DNA from: Balanoglossus misakiensis
Lineage: Eukaryota > Animalia > Hemichordata
Reading direction: 5' to 3'
NCBI GenBank assembly: GCA_040954595.2
Contig: JBECUI020000032.1
Location: forward strand, 62,001 to 126,000
DNA length: 64,000 nucleotides
Shown here: one piece after another, positions 60,799 to 64,000 of the stretch
How positions within the stretch are numbered: position 1 is the stretch's first letter
How the letters are laid out: each line of letters starts with the position of its first letter
Translations under genes and position numbers: made by a program
Notes under the pieces: generated by a model
Seen by the model: the letters and a program-made list of their open reading frames with translations, nothing else
Told to the model about the DNA's origin: nothing
Database searches by the model: none

Positions 60799-60826
60799 TT
60801 ATCGGGAGAACAGTCAGGTGAGCTTA
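60799..60826 (-). promoter_or_regulatory. Sigma28-like promoter
   Basis: TAAG-N16-CCCGATAA, overlapping the dksA stop. Confidence 0.55.
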
Positions 60827-61204
60827 GCGGTTTTGTTGACTTCTTCGGCGTTCTGAGGCCTGCTGGCAATTTATGCACATCAAGACGTAGGGAATGGCTT
60901 TTAATCTACTATAACTAATTTTATTTCCACAATTGGCACAATTGCCAAATTTATCGTTTTCAAGCCGCCCCAGGGCCGATTCAATTTTTTTCAACCGTCG
61001 CGTATCCTGCGCTCCCATCACTCCTAATGTATGGGCATCTATGGTGTTGGAAGCGATGTCGGCAAGATCCTGGACTCCGCTGGCCTCTACGGCTGCACGG
61101 AAATCATTATTTTCGGCGATAATATTGCGAAGGACTTCTTCTCTTAATCGATGTAATTCTAATTGAATTTCTTCTTTAGTAGCTTTATCCATATACAACT
61201 CCAT
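60824..61204 (-). CDS. dksA: DksA/TraR family C4 zinc-finger protein
   Basis: DLADIA (DxxDxA), ALGRLE...FGNCANCG...RLKAIP...CINCQ. Confidence 0.9.
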   Translation of the reverse strand: MELYMDKATKEEIQLELHRLREEVLRNIIAENNDFRAAVEASGVQDLADIASNTIDAHTLGVMGAQDTRRLKKIESALGRLENDKFGNCANCGNKISYSRLKAIPYVLMCINCQQASERRRSQQNR

Positions 61205-61351
61205 TATAGTAAATGCAGAAAAAACGCAATACTTTGTATTAAGCCTGTAAATTTGTCAAGTCTGGATTCTCCATATTAACTTATCTTCCTACTTGACGAG
61301 AAGCAAATGAATAGATACCGTATGAAGGAACATGATTATAAGGAGATTTAT

Positions 61352-61567
61352 TTGAAGGAAGAAGCTATAGAAGTAGATGGAGTTGTCAAGGAATCACTTC
61401 CCAATACTATGTTTCGTGTTGAACTAAAAAATGGCCATCTTATGTTGGCCTATCTTTCAGGAAAAATGCGGAAGCACTACATACACATTGTGCCTGGAGA
61501 TAAGGTTCGCGTAGCTCTGTCACCATATGATCTTACCAGAGGCCGCATTATTTATCGAGAACGCTGA
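61352..61567 (+). CDS. infA: Translation initiation factor IF-1
   Basis: KEEAIEVDG...[10 protein letters not shown]...SGKMRKHYI...[13 protein letters not shown]; TTG start after AGGAG. Confidence 0.97.
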   Translation: MKEEAIEVDGVVKESLPNTMFRVELKNGHLMLAYLSGKMRKHYIHIVPGDKVRVALSPYDLTRGRIIYRER

Positions 61568-62004
61568 ACAAGGATAAACCATGTAGCCCCCTCCCCCCCG
61601 TCTTCCTTCTTTGCAGTCCCCACCTGTCCTACTTCAAGAGAGGAAACAAGGAAGTTCCTGACCAAGGGTTTCAATACTGGACCTTCTTGAGAATGTTTAC
61701 CTTTCCCATGAATTATCAGGGCCTTTCTGAGACCCCTACGACGAAGGGATAAAATAAAGTCTTCCAATTGTTCCAGAGCCTCCTTTCCCTTTATCCCATG
61801 GAGGTCCAAAGTATCTTGGGCCTTTCTGCGGAGCCATACTGAGTGGCCTTCGGAAACGGGAGGGGGCTTGGAAGAAGTCTTTTCTGCTACATCTTTCATA
61901 AGGGGAGGATAGCGATCCACCCAGTCATAGAGAATTTTCTTCCTCGGTTTGGAAGATTTTAACTGAGTCTGTTCCCACTGTTTAAGTATCTTATCAAAAT
62001 TCAT
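61552..62004 (-). CDS. Smr domain protein
   Basis: [21 protein letters not shown]. Confidence 0.92.
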   Translation of the reverse strand: MNFDKILKQWEQTQLKSSKPRKKILYDWVDRYPPLMKDVAEKTSSKPPPVSEGHSVWLRRKAQDTLDLHGIKGKEALEQLEDFILSLRRRGLRKALIIHGKGKHSQEGPVLKPLVRNFLVSSLEVGQVGTAKKEDGGEGATWFILVQRSR

Positions 62005-64000
62005 CTATATTCTCCGTTATGAGAAGCATGGAATCCCTGGGAAGCCATCCTTCTGTGCCGTAACCAGAACGGACCAGGCACCCCTTCTCGGTGATGGCCC
62101 TAAGAGAAAGGGTGGTGCCCCTAGGAAGAAACAGAGCATCTGTGGCCGGAACGACACCGGGGATCTTTCTTAAAGGTTCAGAATCTTCAAGCACAACGGC
62201 ATTGATTCGATGCCAGCGATTGTCGGTAATGAACATGACCCCTGTGGCGCCAAGAAACATCAACAAGGCAAAGACTCCAGAAATAATGGTCCGCTCTTTT
62301 CTCTCCAAAAAGTAGAAAGCAAGAGCAAGCAGAACAAGGTTAGCGGTCATTAGCCAGATTGTAAATACTACCCAGGGGGGCCACAGTAGGGAGGGGGGAA
62401 CCTGGTCTTCCAACTGGAGTTGGGCCTCAATGCTTTCCAGGGTTTGGTGCAACTTCTGATTCCCGGGCTTTAAATGCAGGGCTCGGCGAATGGCATAAAC
62501 TGCCATATCCCCCCGGCCCTCTTCGTTCATCAAAATAGCTATGTCGTGGAGTATCCCCGGAGAGTTGGGAAATTTTTTCCAGAGTTCTTTATAAAGAGTC
62601 AAGGCTTCTGCGGTTTGCCCCTTGTTTCCTGCCTCCATTGCGGCCGAAAAGGTTTCGGACTCTTTTGGAGACATGCGGACTACGGCAAAAAAGAGAGGGA
62701 TAAAAATGAGAACTGACAGGGCCGCTGCCTTTTTTTTCTTCAGGTAGATCAGTAACGCGGCCACAAGCCCTGGAATAATGAAGAAAAAGCCCAGGGGATT
62801 TCTCCAGGTAAACCATGCCTGCCGATACAGAAAGACATCAAATCCCAGAAGGGAAGAGAGTTTTTCGGTAGAAGGTTCAATGCTCTCAGGTAGCACTTCC
62901 CCTGAAAATTCTCGCGCCCCTTCTCGATGAACTCGTCCCTCTCCGCGCTTATCCAGCCAGTACCACGGGGGAACAGAAATGGTGTAGGGGCCTGGTTCTT
63001 CAACTTGAAAATCGTAGCGAACCTCCCGCCATCCCTTGTAGCCCCCAGGGTCGGGGACGTAGGAAAAGCTATGGGATTCGCTGGTCAAAATAGCCCCCGG
63101 AATCTCTGGAATGGGGAGGCGCAAGAGATTGAGGTTTCCTGTCCCCTCGGCTCGAACCTGTACCGAAACAAGCTCTCCGGTGGGAAGAGGAGACTCGGGA
63201 ACCGAAAGAACTAAGGAAAAAACACCTACCGCACCAGAAGCTTCCACCTCTTCCGGTAGGGCTCGGACGTTCACGGTAAAGCCTGGAACTTTTCGCTTTA
63301 GACCAGCTGCGGATACCTGGGCTCCGGGGAAATGAAGGCTGCCTGGCTTGTCGGGGGTCCATATCCAAGCATTGAGAGGCAGATCGTAAAGAACATCTTC
63401 TTCAAAAAGGCGGGTTTCTATGGAACCGTATCCATCGGCAGTTTCCATAAGGCCTGGAACAGCTTCTTCAAAATCAATTTTGTCTGCTATAGAGAGCAAA
63501 GTAAGGTCCCTGGCGGCAAGAACTATGGGATAGGCTTCTCCCTGCCACAGTTCTTGAGGGGGGGATCGATAAGCAAAGGTAACAGGATAGGAAAAGTTTT
63601 TTTCATCCTTAGCTACGGCGACAAGAGTTAGGGGTTCGGTAAGAATGTCGGTCTCTCCATCGCTAATAAGAAAGGCCCCTAAGGGATGGAAACCAGGTTC
63701 GTCAGCCAAAAGGGTAGCCAAAATTTCCACTTTTCGAATATGGTCTCCTTCGGGAGTTTCAAAGCTCCAGGGGCGGGCATAGGGAAGGGCCCACCATCGC
63801 AGAGGTTTTTCTAATTCAGGCCGCTCTATGGTAATGGCTGAGGTCCAGGAGATGTTTGTTCTAATCCTAAGGGGGATTTTTTCCTGTACAATGACCGGGG
63901 AGAAAGAGATATCTACCTGGGTGCTTTCCTGAGCCCCTCCCCCAACCAGGGTAAGGGTAAGAAAAATTCCCCCTACCAGTCGTCGACAGTAGTAGAGAGG
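61994..64000 (-). CDS. BatD-like protein with C-terminal TPR and SH3-like modules; 5' part probably frameshifted or beyond the window
   Basis: VRALP...GAVGVF...GTGNL (BatD-like), TM helices, TPR segment, C-terminal GTEGWLP; track ORF covers 61994-63730. Confidence 0.7.
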   Translation of the reverse strand, partial: PLYYCRRLVGGIFLTLTLVGGGAQESTQVDISFSPVIVQEKIPLRIRTNISWTSAITIERPELEKPLRWWALPYARPWSFETPEGDHIRKVEILATLLADEPGFHPLGAFLISDGETDILTEPLTLVAVAKDEKNFSYPVTFAYRSPPQELWQGEAYPIVLAARDLTLLSIADKIDFEEAVPGLMETADGYGSIETRLFEEDVLYDLPLNAWIWTPDKPGSLHFPGAQVSAAGLKRKVPGFTVNVRALPEEVEASGAVGVFSLVLSVPESPLPTGELVSVQVRAEGTGNLNLLRLPIPEIPGAILTSESHSFSYVPDPGGYKGWREVRYDFQVEEPGPYTISVPPWYWLDKRGEGRVHREGAREFSGEVLPESIEPSTEKLSSLLGFDVFLYRQAWFTWRNPLGFFFIIPGLVAALLIYLKKKKAAALSVLIFIPLFFAVVRMSPKESETFSAAMEAGNKGQTAEALTLYKELWKKFPNSPGILHDIAILMNEEGRGDMAVYAIRRALHLKPGNQKLHQTLESIEAQLQLEDQVPPSLLWPPWVVFTIWLMTANLVLLALAFYFLERKERTIISGVFALLMFLGATGVMFITDNRWHRINAVVLEDSEPLRKIPGVVPATDALFLPRGTTLSLRAITEKGCLVRSGYGTEGWLPRDSMLLITENIDEF

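Noticed and set aside
61552-61567. Convergent 16-nt overlap of infA and the Smr gene
   Set aside because: Short tail-to-tail overlaps are common in compact genomes

Overview
Bacterial chromosome segment that looks spirochaetal: the rpsT-HU(hbb)-type gene order, a rho with a long N-terminal extension, an M23-bactofilin-YaaR cluster, flgM, a BatD-like gene and BspA lipoproteins. Core genes fill about 0-24 kb and 47-64 kb, with nadE, a Sua5-family gene and malQ at 30-35 kb. Two accessory loci stand out. (1) 24.4-30.4 kb: a BaeSR-like two-component system whose sensor loop carries a 9-bp tandem repeat encoding (EEY)n. Upstream lie two small acidic Tyr/Asp peptides and a 1.1-kb tandem duplication of an exported protein whose copies evolved different repeat-encoded tails, Arg-rich (RDFYRGG)n versus acidic (GGYDGY)n. 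Both copies keep an 11-bp-period direct-repeat box at the -35 position. (2) 37.5-46.7 kb: a block bracketed by two Flavo-1-like structured elements. It holds an IS3 remnant and an array of BspA-LRR/FN3/GLUG lipoproteins, one with a (CACT)28 tract between its start codon and signal peptide that puts it out of frame as assembled (a likely phase-variation switch). Many genes, including nadE and pepF, carry single-base frameshifts, often in homopolymers, so uncorrected sequencing indels are likely and repeat counts need read-level checks. No rRNA, tRNA or CRISPR array was recognised. All calls are by eye; no searches were run.
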